From the IMG/VR virus record IMGVR_UViG_3300006127_000086, positions 1 to 26,164 of that record: DNA of 26,164 bases; one strand, written 5' to 3'. The notes beneath the pieces are model-generated. The model searched no databases. It saw nothing but the letters and a program-made list of their open reading frames with translations, and was not told where the DNA came from. This document shows, in pieces, positions 7,733-16,541 of this stretch (the first letter of the stretch is position 1; every line of letters begins with the position of its first letter). This DNA comes from a virus (Duplodnaviria > Caudoviricetes). The position numbers and the translations under genes are program-made.

Positions 7733-8689
7733 ATGAAGATTGCAGTTTGTTCCGACCTTCACCTTGAATTTGGTGATATCACACTACACAACGACCAACA
7801 GGCAGATGTATTGGTCTTGAGTGGTGATATTTGTGTTGCGGCCGATTTGTTGGAACAAACTAGTCCTGATTTTAAATATGGCCATGCCGCTCTTGGCACT
7901 AATAAAAGCCGAAGAATCCATGATTTCTTCAGTAATTGCTGTGCCATGTTTCCACATGTAATCTATGTTATGGGTAATCATGAGCATTATCATTATGATT
8001 TCAAATATACTATTGACCATCTAAAGAAAATGTTGAGTTACTTACCTAATCTACACATTTTAGATAAAGAAGTATTTGAATTGAATGATGTTACCTTTAT
8101 TGGTGGTACATTATGGACTGATATGAACAAGGAAGATCCAATGACTTTGTTCCATGTCCGTAGTGCCATGAATGATTTTAATTGTGTAAAGAATAGTAAT
8201 AGAATGGTTAGTCGCAAGGTGCCAATCTATGAAGAAAATCTATTGTACACAGAAGATGGTAAGAATGGTGGTCGTTATATAAAAGACGAAAAGGGAAATA
8301 TGTTCCCAATTGGTTATAAACATAAAGATGAACCAAGCAAATTCTGTCCTGAAGATTCGGTAGAGGACCATAAGAAGATGTTGGACTTTATCCGGCATGT
8401 TGTTGAAGGTAATCATGATAGAAAATATGTGGTTGTTGGTCATCATACACCAAGTCCATTCAGCATACACGAAATGTATGCCAATGATAGGACAATGAAT
8501 GGTGCTTACACTAGTGATTTGATTGATTTTATTATGGATCGTCCACAGATTAAATTATGGACTCATGGTCACACTCATCATCCTTTTGATTACATGATTA
8601 AAAGTACTAGAGTGATTTGTAATCCTCGTGGTTATGATGGTTACGAAGCACGTGCAGATAAATTTGAATTACAATATGTGGTGGTGTAA
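7733..8689 (+). CDS. calcineurin-like metallophosphoesterase
   Basis: Motifs SDLH, GD, GNHE, HH, HGHTH, NPRGY. Confidence 0.92.
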   Translation: MKIAVCSDLHLEFGDITLHNDQQADVLVLSGDICVAADLLEQTSPDFKYGHAALGTNKSRRIHDFFSNCCAMFPHVIYVMGNHEHYHYDFKYTIDHLKKMLSYLPNLHILDKEVFELNDVTFIGGTLWTDMNKEDPMTLFHVRSAMNDFNCVKNSNRMVSRKVPIYEENLLYTEDGKNGGRYIKDEKGNMFPIGYKHKDEPSKFCPEDSVEDHKKMLDFIRHVVEGNHDRKYVVVGHHTPSPFSIHEMYANDRTMNGAYTSDLIDFIMDRPQIKLWTHGHTHHPFDYMIKSTRVICNPRGYDGYEARADKFELQYVVV

Positions 8690-8802
8690 TGCTAAGACCT
8701 ACACCACCAAAATTACCAAGTAATGAACCAATGACCTTGCGTGACTGGTTGCCAATCATATTAATTGTGATTATAATATTATATTGTGCCATTAAAGGAT
8801 AA
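8689..8802 (+). CDS. small single-TM peptide (37 aa)
   Basis: MLRPTPPKLPSNEPMTLRDWLPIILIVIIILYCAIKG; TAATG overlap, fills gap. Confidence 0.55.
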   Translation: MLRPTPPKLPSNEPMTLRDWLPIILIVIIILYCAIKG

Positions 8803-8804
8803 AA

Positions 8805-9485
8805 ATGAAAGTTTGGATTAGTAAATATCGTAATCATTGGATTTCTCCATATACTATTCTCAAGAAGGTTTGCTTTTGGGAAAAGGATGAGGACATCTTT
8901 TATAATCTCGATGATAAACCTAATGCACCATACGAGAAATGGGTCAAACTACTTGACCCTATTTGTGTTGCGATTCAAAAGTTTTTAGACTTTGTTCACC
9001 CACGATGGACCTATATTAAGATTGACCGATGGGATACTTGGTCGATGGATCATACATTGGCTGAGATTATTTTACCAATGTTAATTCAGCTGCGTAATGA
9101 TAAACATGGTTCACCAATGGTAGATGATGAAGATGTACCAGAAGAATTAAGAGCAGTTAAAAAACCAAAACTAAAACGCAAGAAAAATGATGTTCGTAAT
9201 ACAATACAGGTTCATGCAGTTGATATGGGTGAAGATGATGGTGAATCCACCGTTCACCTTAAATGGGATTGGGTTCTCAATGAAATGATTTGGGCTTTTG
9301 AACAAAAGGTTAAAGATGATGATGAATCACAATTCTTTGACCATACAGGTTGTGGTGATACAGCACCTTGGGATAAAGATTATGTTTCACCTAAGGTAGA
9401 TTGGGATGGATTAAAAGCACATCAAGCAAGAAAGACCAATGGTTTCCGGCTTCTAGGAAAGTACTACGAGGGCCTTTGGGATTAG
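8805..9485 (+). CDS. conserved hypothetical phage protein
   Basis: WDTWSMDHTLAEIILPML...WDWVLNEMIWAF...NGFRLLGKYYEGLWD pattern. Confidence 0.85.
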   Translation: MKVWISKYRNHWISPYTILKKVCFWEKDEDIFYNLDDKPNAPYEKWVKLLDPICVAIQKFLDFVHPRWTYIKIDRWDTWSMDHTLAEIILPMLIQLRNDKHGSPMVDDEDVPEELRAVKKPKLKRKKNDVRNTIQVHAVDMGEDDGESTVHLKWDWVLNEMIWAFEQKVKDDDESQFFDHTGCGDTAPWDKDYVSPKVDWDGLKAHQARKTNGFRLLGKYYEGLWD

Positions 9486-10085
9486 TTTGCAATTATCAAA
9501 ATGCCATCGTTTCATATTTGCAAGTTGACCAGTTTTATTACAATGTGGACAGGTTAGTTTGATTAAATTGTTTTGATGGCACTTTAAATTCTTTTTGTGT
9601 TGTTCAGACATTGGCCTAGGAATACCTTTTGTTGCTTGGGATATTTTTGATTTAATTTCATCACTTAAAGGTTTTCTTTTTTTACCTCTTAACGCATCAG
9701 CTCTTTTTTGTATATGTTCTGGTGTTTGTGGTTTTGAAACTTTATTACTTTCAGATATTAATTTTTTTGTTTTATCCGAAACTTTGTGACCAAAAGTTCC
9801 ATCTCCACCTAATGTTGAATTGTAACCGTTTTTCATAGAGTTGTATTCATTAATAAAATATGATTCCATTTCTTTAAGTGTGTGTTGTTTATCTTTTGAT
9901 TGGTATATTACAGACCATTCAAAATTATCCCAACCATATTTACGGATAGCACGATAGAATTTATAATCTTGATTTTTTGAGGCAGACTTGTGTATTCTGA
10001 CCCTATTCGGCCAGTTAGAATCAAAACCAATGTAAACTTTACCAGTTTTGGTATTGACGGATTTGTAGATAGTGTATATACTCAT
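9453..10085 (-). mobile_element. free-standing GIY-YIG homing endonuclease with NUMOD3-like repeats and C-terminal CPHC Zn finger
   Basis: TIY-x9-VYIG, catalytic R and E, NGYN-x3-GGDG, SDKTKKLISES/SDEIKSKISQA repeats, CPHC...RWHFDNCK; antisense to flanking operon. Confidence 0.9.
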
Positions 10086-10090
10086 ACCTA

Positions 10091-10098
10091 TATTTATG
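10091..10098 (-). promoter_or_regulatory. T4-type late promoter for GIY-YIG gene
   Basis: CATAAATA on - strand, 5 nt before the ATG; T4 gp55 consensus is TATAAATA. Confidence 0.6.
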
Positions 10099-10123
10099 TT
10101 TATTTAACTTTGTGGGATTAATT

Positions 10124-10396
10124 ATGAAACAATTCGAAAATACAGACAAAACATTGTGGCGTTCCACAGAAGATATGGAATCTGTATTCGTAACTAAAAG
10201 TGGTGCTATTGGACTTAGTTATGCTGGTACCGTTTTTGTGAGAAGTGTTGAAACTTGGGTTAAAGATATGCAAGAATTTGATAGATTCCGTATTGCACTA
10301 GCAGAAGCACGAGCAAGAATTTCTAAACTTGAAGGTTATATTGCCGATAAAGTAATTGAAGATGATAAATTTGTGAAGGGAATTCCTAGACGATGA
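10124..10396 (+). CDS. hypothetical protein
   Basis: GGGA RBS before ATG 10124. Confidence 0.75.
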   Translation: MKQFENTDKTLWRSTEDMESVFVTKSGAIGLSYAGTVFVRSVETWVKDMQEFDRFRIALAEARARISKLEGYIADKVIEDDKFVKGIPRR

Positions 10397-10773
10397 ATAA
10401 TTTTGAGAAACACAAAAGGGAGAATATTATGGAAAAAACCAAAGTTGTATCAAAGCCAAATCCGTTAAAAAGTAGTACGACTTATACTGAGGTTGTTTCA
10501 CGACCAGAACAATGTGAAATAACAGAATCACACTATACAGCATTTGATGGTTTGGATTGGTCTGATATGATGATTCGTGAATTGGCAGATAGAATTGAAA
10601 GATTGGCAAACGTTATTGATCCTGTGATGGAAATATCTGGTCCAGAATGTGAAGAAGATTCACGACCACGAGTTACCAATACAACACTTATTGCTAGAAT
10701 TACTGCACAAGGTGAAGTGTTGGAGAACCTTAATAGACGAGTTGAAAATATGATTGGTAGAGTGAGGTTATAA
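10393..10773 (+). CDS. hypothetical coiled-coil protein
   Basis: Coupled ORF; alternative start 10429 has GGGAG RBS. Confidence 0.75.
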   Translation: MNNFEKHKRENIMEKTKVVSKPNPLKSSTTYTEVVSRPEQCEITESHYTAFDGLDWSDMMIRELADRIERLANVIDPVMEISGPECEEDSRPRVTNTTLIARITAQGEVLENLNRRVENMIGRVRL

Positions 10774-11033
10774 TGGCTGAAGTTACTTACTCAAGTGTTA
10801 ATATGTCGCCTGAAGAATATCAGGCACGACTGACGCAAATAGCACATCGAACTATCCAATATTTGGGAGAACAAGGACACATTTCAAAAAAAGAAATGGA
10901 TGAATTACTTGAAACTGTTGTCGTTGTGCCTGTTGCCAATAATACTTTATTTGGTAAATTAAGAGATTTTCTTTTTGGTAAGGATACTAAGGAGAATAAA
11001 ACTATTATACAACATGTTGTTACCCAAATATGA
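10773..11033 (+). CDS. hypothetical protein
   Basis: GAGG RBS, TAATG overlap. Confidence 0.75.
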   Translation: MAEVTYSSVNMSPEEYQARLTQIAHRTIQYLGEQGHISKKEMDELLETVVVVPVANNTLFGKLRDFLFGKDTKENKTIIQHVVTQI

Positions 11034-11272
11034 TACCATACTTAGATTACCGTGAAGCCAAGAAACGATTGGCTAATGCTAAAGAAACCATTGAGTTAAT
11101 GGGTGGTGAATCGGAATGTCCTGATATGGTATTAGGTCAAAGAGATTACCTTGAGTTGGAAGTGGAATACTTCCGTGAACGCAATGGTAAATATAATCTT
11201 GGCCTATTGATTGGTGGTATTATTTCTGTTATAATTGTAGTTCTACATCGTTATGGAGTTTTGAATGTTTAA
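11030..11272 (+). CDS. hypothetical protein with C-terminal TM
   Basis: LGLLIGGIISVIIVVL segment. Confidence 0.75.
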   Translation: MIPYLDYREAKKRLANAKETIELMGGESECPDMVLGQRDYLELEVEYFRERNGKYNLGLLIGGIISVIIVVLHRYGVLNV

Positions 11273-11513
11273 AAAACTAACTGAGTTGTTGAAAAAGTAT
11301 GCCGTTGTTATTGTTGCTGGCCTTATTTTAGGTTCTGTTGGATATAATCAATACATTAGTATTACCAATCCACCAGAGTTGCAACAGTTTAAAGGTAGTA
11401 TTCAGAACCATTTGGTTTGGAATATTAAAGGTGAATGTTATTTTGTTAGACCATACACAAACACCACCACATATTTAATCAGGGTAGATGATTGTGATAA
11501 AGGAAATAAATGA
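11265..11513 (+). CDS. hypothetical membrane-anchored protein
   Basis: GGAG RBS, N-terminal TM, two Cys. Confidence 0.75.
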   Translation: MFKKLTELLKKYAVVIVAGLILGSVGYNQYISITNPPELQQFKGSIQNHLVWNIKGECYFVRPYTNTTTYLIRVDDCDKGNK

Positions 11514-11680
11514 AAACCAATAAAGATTTTAAATTAAGTAAAAGCACCAAACGCACACTTTCAACTTTACCATCAGGTGTTCGTGGTCATTGGAAGAAAA
11601 TGATGATTGATGCTGAAGTTGCAGAGAAACGTGCCAAGTTGGCCAAATTAAGTACCAAAACAAATCAAGGAGAAGAATAA
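11510..11680 (+). CDS. small basic protein (56 aa, not in ORF track)
   Basis: MKTNKDFKLSKSTKRTLSTLPSGVRGHWKKMMIDAEVAEKRAKLAKLSTKTNQGEE; AGGA RBS; overlaps at both ends. Confidence 0.75.
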   Translation: MKTNKDFKLSKSTKRTLSTLPSGVRGHWKKMMIDAEVAEKRAKLAKLSTKTNQGEE

Positions 11681-11976
11681 TGAGTATTTTTATTGAAGTC
11701 GAATCAGTTGAAAAAAATTGTAAAGTAATTATCAATCTAGATTCTATTATTGAAATTGCTCCACTTGTTGAAGGTGGTTGTGCATTGTTTATGGCTGATG
11801 CAGCTGCCGTCAATGGTAAGACAGCATACAAAGTAAAAGATTCTTATGATGCTTTTAAACAATTTGCTATGGAAACAGTATCGGCTGATGATATTGCTAA
11901 ACGTGTTAAATCTTTAAAGAAAACTGCTGGTGAAAAAGAACCATTGGAAATTCCTGTTCTTGGTATTAAGAAATAA
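11680..11976 (+). CDS. hypothetical protein
   Basis: AGGAG RBS; VIINLDSIIEI pattern. Confidence 0.8.
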   Translation: MSIFIEVESVEKNCKVIINLDSIIEIAPLVEGGCALFMADAAAVNGKTAYKVKDSYDAFKQFAMETVSADDIAKRVKSLKKTAGEKEPLEIPVLGIKK

Positions 11977-12266
11977 TGAACGATTTGTTAGGAACAACAT
12001 TTGGGTGGATTCGTAATGATTGGCAATCTCATAAACTTAGGTTTGTGGTTGAGTTGTTTGCTTGGGCTATTAGTATTAGTTGTTCTATTACTATGGCACT
12101 TACCGTTCCAAATCCCCCTCTCCGTGTTTTGTATCCTATTTGGATTAGTGGTTGTGCTATGTATGCTTGGGCTGCTTACACTCGCAAATCTTTTGGCATG
12201 TTGGCTAACTATATTTTGTTAACCTCTATTGATAGTATTGGTTTGATTAGAATGATTACATCATGA
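11976..12266 (+). CDS. small multi-TM membrane protein
   Basis: Three hydrophobic segments, coupled. Confidence 0.75.
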   Translation: MNDLLGTTFGWIRNDWQSHKLRFVVELFAWAISISCSITMALTVPNPPLRVLYPIWISGCAMYAWAAYTRKSFGMLANYILLTSIDSIGLIRMITS

Positions 12267-12850
12267 ATATTTTTTATCTCGACAAAAACCCACAACGATG
12301 TGCAGAAATGCATGTCGATAAACATTGCGTAAAGATGATTCTCGAATATGCTCAATTACTTTCTACCGCACACCGTGTGCTTGACGGTGTTCTTACTACT
12401 GGTTTATCTCAGTCTGGTCGCAAACGGCAGTTATACATTCTTAATGATGACCTTGATAAAATATTGTATTCTGCCACCCATGTTAATCATCCTTCTGCTA
12501 TATGGTGCAGACAATCTGCTGCAAACTATATGTGGTTGGCGGAATTGTTAGAAGAATGTTGCAAAGAATATACTTATCGTTATGGTAAAATTCATAAGGT
12601 TGAATCTAGTGGACTCATGCAAATATTGAAAAACATCTTTCCAATCAATATTCCGAACAAACCATTTACAGAACCAACACCTGCCATGCCAGATGAATGT
12701 AAAGTTCCTGGTGATTCCTTACAGTCATACCGTAATTATTATGTGATGAATAAAGGTCACCTATGGTCATGGAAAGGAAAGATAAATAGTAGGAAAGAAC
12801 CAAACTGGTTCGTTAAAATGGTTGAACCTTTATCTTATGGATACGCTTAA
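12263..12850 (+). CDS. pyrimidine-dimer DNA glycosylase / endonuclease V-like protein
   Basis: MNIFYLD...HVDKHCVKMILEYAQLLSTAH...HVNHPSAIW...EYTYRYGKIHK...AMPDE...YRNYY. Confidence 0.8.
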   Translation: MNIFYLDKNPQRCAEMHVDKHCVKMILEYAQLLSTAHRVLDGVLTTGLSQSGRKRQLYILNDDLDKILYSATHVNHPSAIWCRQSAANYMWLAELLEECCKEYTYRYGKIHKVESSGLMQILKNIFPINIPNKPFTEPTPAMPDECKVPGDSLQSYRNYYVMNKGHLWSWKGKINSRKEPNWFVKMVEPLSYGYA

Positions 12851-13131
12851 TGCCAAGTTATGATTTTTTAAACAAAAATACAGGTGAAGTAGAAGAACAC
12901 CGTATGTCTTATACTGTCTTAGAACAGTTCAAGTTGGACAATCCACATTTAGAATTACATATTTTTTCTGAGAACCTACCCGTTATGTCGGATGGTACTC
13001 GTTTATCTGTTCCTGGAATGGGTCGAGCTGACTCATCGTTTGAGAAGTATGTTATTAATCCAATGAAAGAGCGTATTCCAAACAACACGATCAAATCTGG
13101 TCACAAAACCAAGGCACCTAGAGAATGGTAA
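12850..13131 (+). CDS. FmdB-like small protein (degenerate, lacks Zn Cys)
   Basis: MPSYDF..TGEV N-terminus typical of this T4-like family. Confidence 0.6.
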   Translation: MPSYDFLNKNTGEVEEHRMSYTVLEQFKLDNPHLELHIFSENLPVMSDGTRLSVPGMGRADSSFEKYVINPMKERIPNNTIKSGHKTKAPREW

Positions 13132-13173
13132 CTGTGAAGAAATTGCCTATACTTTTAATTAAGAGAGGTGTGA

Positions 13174-13344
13174 ATGTCGAAAAAAAGAATGATGTCCAAA
13201 CAACAGCGTCTTTATTACGAACAGAACAACAAAGAAAGAGTACACCAAGAATTGGCAGAAATGGCCAAGCAACACAGAGAAGTAGAAAAAACAAAAACAA
13301 TACTATCAACATTTGATCCACACAGAAATTCATATTATAATTAG
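13174..13344 (+). CDS. small basic hypothetical protein (56 aa, not in ORF track)
   Basis: AGAGGT RBS; MSKKRMMSKQQRLYYEQNNKERVHQELAEMAKQHREVEKTKTILSTFDPHRNSYYN; ends 8 nt before the radical SAM gene. Confidence 0.65.
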   Translation: MSKKRMMSKQQRLYYEQNNKERVHQELAEMAKQHREVEKTKTILSTFDPHRNSYYN

Positions 13345-13352
13345 GAACATAA

Positions 13353-14798
13353 ATGCTATTTGAAATACACAGCGAGCGTGCTGATGGTGATAAGAAAATC
13401 TTTTACTATGATAATGAGACCAATTATCTCAAGCGTGAAGATGGTATTATTTACCAATTCCCCGAAGGCACAGTTCACGACCATAATTTGACCGAATATA
13501 AGTCATTCGACAAAGACCGACCACTTAAAAAATCAAGACAAATTCAACTACTTAAAATCCAATTGGGTTTAAGTTGTAATTACTCATGCGATTATTGTTC
13601 ACAGAAGTTTGTTGAACGAGCACCAGAAACATCTAAGAAAGATATTGATGCCTTCATGGACTTGTTAAATGAATTGGATTTTGATGAACAAAAAGGATTG
13701 AGAATTGAATTGTGGGGTGGTGAACCACTGGTGTATTGGAAGACATTGAAACCATTGGTGGAGGCCATTGTGGACAAATTCCAAGATTGGAATCGTTTAC
13801 CACAATTCTCTATAATTACCAACGGTTCTATTCTTACCGAAGAAATCTGTGATTGGCTGATGAAGTATAACTTCAATGTGTCCATCTCACATGATGGACC
13901 TGGTCAATCTGTTCGTGGTCCTGATCCATTTGATGATCCAGAGAAAAAGAAAATCATTCTTGGTTTCTATCGTATGATGACCAGATTGAAAAAGGGTATC
14001 TCATTCAACCCAATGATGAACGCAAAGAACAAATCTCGTAAAGAAATCTTTGAATGGTTTGTAAATTTAACTGGCGATGTTAATGTTAAGTTAGGTGAAG
14101 GTGGTATTGTAGATGCTTATGACGAAGAAGGTATTACTAACTCATTACAATCATTAAAAGAGCACTTTGAATATCGTCAACAAGGCTTTGCTGATTTCTT
14201 TACAACTAATGGCCGAATTGGTTTTATTGGTCAACAACAAAAGATTGATGGGTTCACACAAGCAGTATTATCACATTCACCATCTAAGTACCTCGGTCAA
14301 AAATGTGGCATGGACGATGAACACGTTATTGCAGTCGATTTGCGTGGTAATGTAATGACCTGCCAAAATGTAAGTTCATTAGAAATCTCTAAGAATGGTG
14401 AATCACACCTTGGTGGTAACCTTAAAGATTATGATAACGTAGAGATTAAGACTTCTACACATTGGTCAAATCGTAAAGAATGTAGTTCTTGTCCTGTTCT
14501 ACACCTCTGTAAAGGTGCCTGTATGTTCTTGGACAAGAAGTTTTGGGACATTTCATGTGCCAATGCCTATTCTGATAATATTGCTTTGTTTGCTGTATCA
14601 TTAGAAAGAATGACCGGTTACATTCCAACTTTGATTAAAAATGATGCATTACCATTGGAACGCCAAGATATTTGGGGTACAATCTACGAACACAAAGAGA
14701 AACCTGTTAAAAAGATTATACCAATCAAAATTGTAAGTGAAGTAATTGGCGAGATGGATGGTGTGGAAGTTTACGGTAAATCCAGAATTGAAGAATGA
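13353..14798 (+). CDS. radical SAM enzyme with SPASM domain (peptide/protein maturase type)
   Basis: CNYSCDYC (CxxxCxxC), WGGEP, ITNG, ISHDG; SPASM CG...GNVMTC...CSSC-x5-C-x3-C...C. Confidence 0.93.
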   Translation: MLFEIHSERADGDKKIFYYDNETNYLKREDGIIYQFPEGTVHDHNLTEYKSFDKDRPLKKSRQIQLLKIQLGLSCNYSCDYCSQKFVERAPETSKKDIDAFMDLLNELDFDEQKGLRIELWGGEPLVYWKTLKPLVEAIVDKFQDWNRLPQFSIITNGSILTEEICDWLMKYNFNVSISHDGPGQSVRGPDPFDDPEKKKIILGFYRMMTRLKKGISFNPMMNAKNKSRKEIFEWFVNLTGDVNVKLGEGGIVDAYDEEGITNSLQSLKEHFEYRQQGFADFFTTNGRIGFIGQQQKIDGFTQAVLSHSPSKYLGQKCGMDDEHVIAVDLRGNVMTCQNVSSLEISKNGESHLGGNLKDYDNVEIKTSTHWSNRKECSSCPVLHLCKGACMFLDKKFWDISCANAYSDNIALFAVSLERMTGYIPTLIKNDALPLERQDIWGTIYEHKEKPVKKIIPIKIVSEVIGEMDGVEVYGKSRIEE

Positions 14799-15514
14799 AT
14801 GTAATTGTTTGGACATTGTTAACCTCTCATGTAGGTGTAATGGTAACATCCATATACTTACATAGAGGTCTTTGCCATAAACAATTTACAATGAATCCTG
14901 TATTGGAACATATCTTCCGTTTTCTAATGTGGATAACAGAAGGTATTGTCTCAAAGGATTTCGTAGCACAACACCGCAAACACCACAAGTATTCAGATGT
15001 ACAAGGTGACCCACATTCACCCAAACTATGTGGTTATTGGAAGGTCACATCTCAATGCCTGATACCTAATTTCTTTAAGAAGTATAGGTATTTTTTAGAT
15101 GAATGGGCATTACAGAACTATGGTGGTGGTACACCTGAGGACTGGTTGGAAAAGAATGTATATTGCCATACCAAGTTAGGTCCTTTAGTATTATTGGTCA
15201 TAAACCTATTCTTATTTGGATGGGTCGGAATGGTGTCTTGGGTGTGTTCCATGTTTATTACATCATTCTTTATGAACGCCATGATTACGGGGTTTGGCCA
15301 TTGGTTTGGTTACACCAATTATAAGATGAGAGACCACACAAAAAATGTGTTCCCAATTGGCATATTATCATGTGGTGAGGTACTACACCATAACCATCAT
15401 AAAACACCTGGTAATCCTAATTTTTCTCATAAATGGTTTGAGTTTGATTTGGGATGGTTTTACATCAGGATTTTATCAAAACTTAGACTTTTGAAAGTAA
15501 ACAAGAGTATATAA
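14795..15514 (+). CDS. membrane di-iron fatty acid (delta-9/acyl-CoA type) desaturase
   Basis: His boxes HRGLCH, HRKHH, HHNHH; DPHSP; FEFDLGW; TM segments. Confidence 0.9.
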   Translation: MNVIVWTLLTSHVGVMVTSIYLHRGLCHKQFTMNPVLEHIFRFLMWITEGIVSKDFVAQHRKHHKYSDVQGDPHSPKLCGYWKVTSQCLIPNFFKKYRYFLDEWALQNYGGGTPEDWLEKNVYCHTKLGPLVLLVINLFLFGWVGMVSWVCSMFITSFFMNAMITGFGHWFGYTNYKMRDHTKNVFPIGILSCGEVLHHNHHKTPGNPNFSHKWFEFDLGWFYIRILSKLRLLKVNKSI

Positions 15515-15517
15515 ATA
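15510..15517 (+). promoter_or_regulatory. T4-type late promoter
   Basis: Exact TATAAATA 27 nt upstream of the Cys-rich gene. Confidence 0.8.
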
Positions 15518-15544
15518 GTGATATATTTCAACAAAGAGTAAAAA

Positions 15545-16540
15545 ATGACGCTACCATCATCCGGACAAATTGCTGTTTCAGACGTAAATAATGAATTGGG
15601 AATAGGTACTACCTATGGTTCTTCATTGTCCTTCTTAAATGGTTACATGAAATCGCCAGCAAATCCACCAAATTTGGCTGCTTTTTATGGTATGACTTAT
15701 TTCCAAAATAATAACCAAGGTAATTGTAACAACGGTAACTGCGCCACATCTGGAGGTCCTAACGGCAACTGTACAAGTAACTGTAATTGTGGTAATAAAC
15801 AATGTACCAACTGTTATATTTCTGGTACTTCAGACTGTTCTAATTGTTCTAATTGTAATGCCATCAATTGTTCCAACTGTGATTCTAGACCATATCTACA
15901 ACCAAATTGCAATTGTAATTGTACCTATAATTGCACTACTAATGCCGTATCATATAATTGTACAACAGGTCAAGTATCTTATAACTGTAATTGTGATTGT
16001 AATTGCTCTAAGATTGTGTGTGGTAAATTACATGATTTAGGTATGATGAGTCACAATGTGTGGGCAGCTGACCAAGCATATGGTCGTTTATTGAGAGCCA
16101 CAGATAAAGACATTTATCGTGGGTATATCCGTTGGGCACGACCTGTTACACAATGGATGGACACTAGAGGTTCAGACTTTATGTTATGGGTCAATAAAGA
16201 ACAACGTAAAAAAGAACAAGCAAAGATGATGATTGCTTTAACACATAAAGTCGGTTCACCATGGTCCGAACACATGGCATATCTGATGGGCGCTATCAAG
16301 AATGATAATGAACATGGTCGTCTTTTAATGAAGATTGGTCGTTTCTTCTGCAAATCAGTAAACTATATTCCTAAAGTGCCAACGAAGTATAAGAAATCTA
16401 AATGGTTGATACCATATTCATTATTGAGTTCATATACAATCTGGTTCTTATTAGAATTTAGTTACTATACAACACTTACATACCTCAAAGCAAAACAAGC
16501 ATTTGATGTATTAATACACAAAGAAGTAAAGGAATATTAA
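15545..16540 (+). CDS. Asn/Cys-repeat protein, probable late/virion protein and candidate substrate of the cluster
   Basis: N-terminal MTLPSSGQIAVSDVNNELG; 21 Cys in residues 61-154; distinct C-terminal domain starting KIVC; late promoter. Confidence 0.85.
   Translation: MTLPSSGQIAVSDVNNELGIGTTYGSSLSFLNGYMKSPANPPNLAAFYGMTYFQNNNQGNCNNGNCATSGGPNGNCTSNCNCGNKQCTNCYISGTSDCSNCSNCNAINCSNCDSRPYLQPNCNCNCTYNCTTNAVSYNCTTGQVSYNCNCDCNCSKIVCGKLHDLGMMSHNVWAADQAYGRLLRATDKDIYRGYIRWARPVTQWMDTRGSDFMLWVNKEQRKKEQAKMMIALTHKVGSPWSEHMAYLMGAIKNDNEHGRLLMKIGRFFCKSVNYIPKVPTKYKKSKWLIPYSLLSSYTIWFLLEFSYYTTLTYLKAKQAFDVLIHKEVKEY
15722..16006 (+). repeat. protein-level (N/D/Q)-C repeat tract
   Basis: 18 NC, 2 DC, 1 QC dipeptides; codons vary (AAT/AAC, TGT/TGC). 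Confidence 0.9.
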
Positions 16541-16541
16541 A

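Noticed and set aside
12781-12788. GATAAATA as a late promoter inside the glycosylase gene
   Set aside because: One mismatch, within coding sequence in an AT-rich genome; cannot be distinguished from chance.
13125-13316. Track ORF of 63 aa
   Set aside because: The alternative frame 13174..13344 has a clear AGAGGT RBS and packs against the rSAM gene.
15722-16006. AAY-codon-rich repeat as a DGR template/variable repeat, CRISPR array or DNA tandem repeat
   Set aside because: No reverse transcriptase, no second near-identical copy and no fixed repeat-spacer period in the window; repetition is at the amino-acid level.
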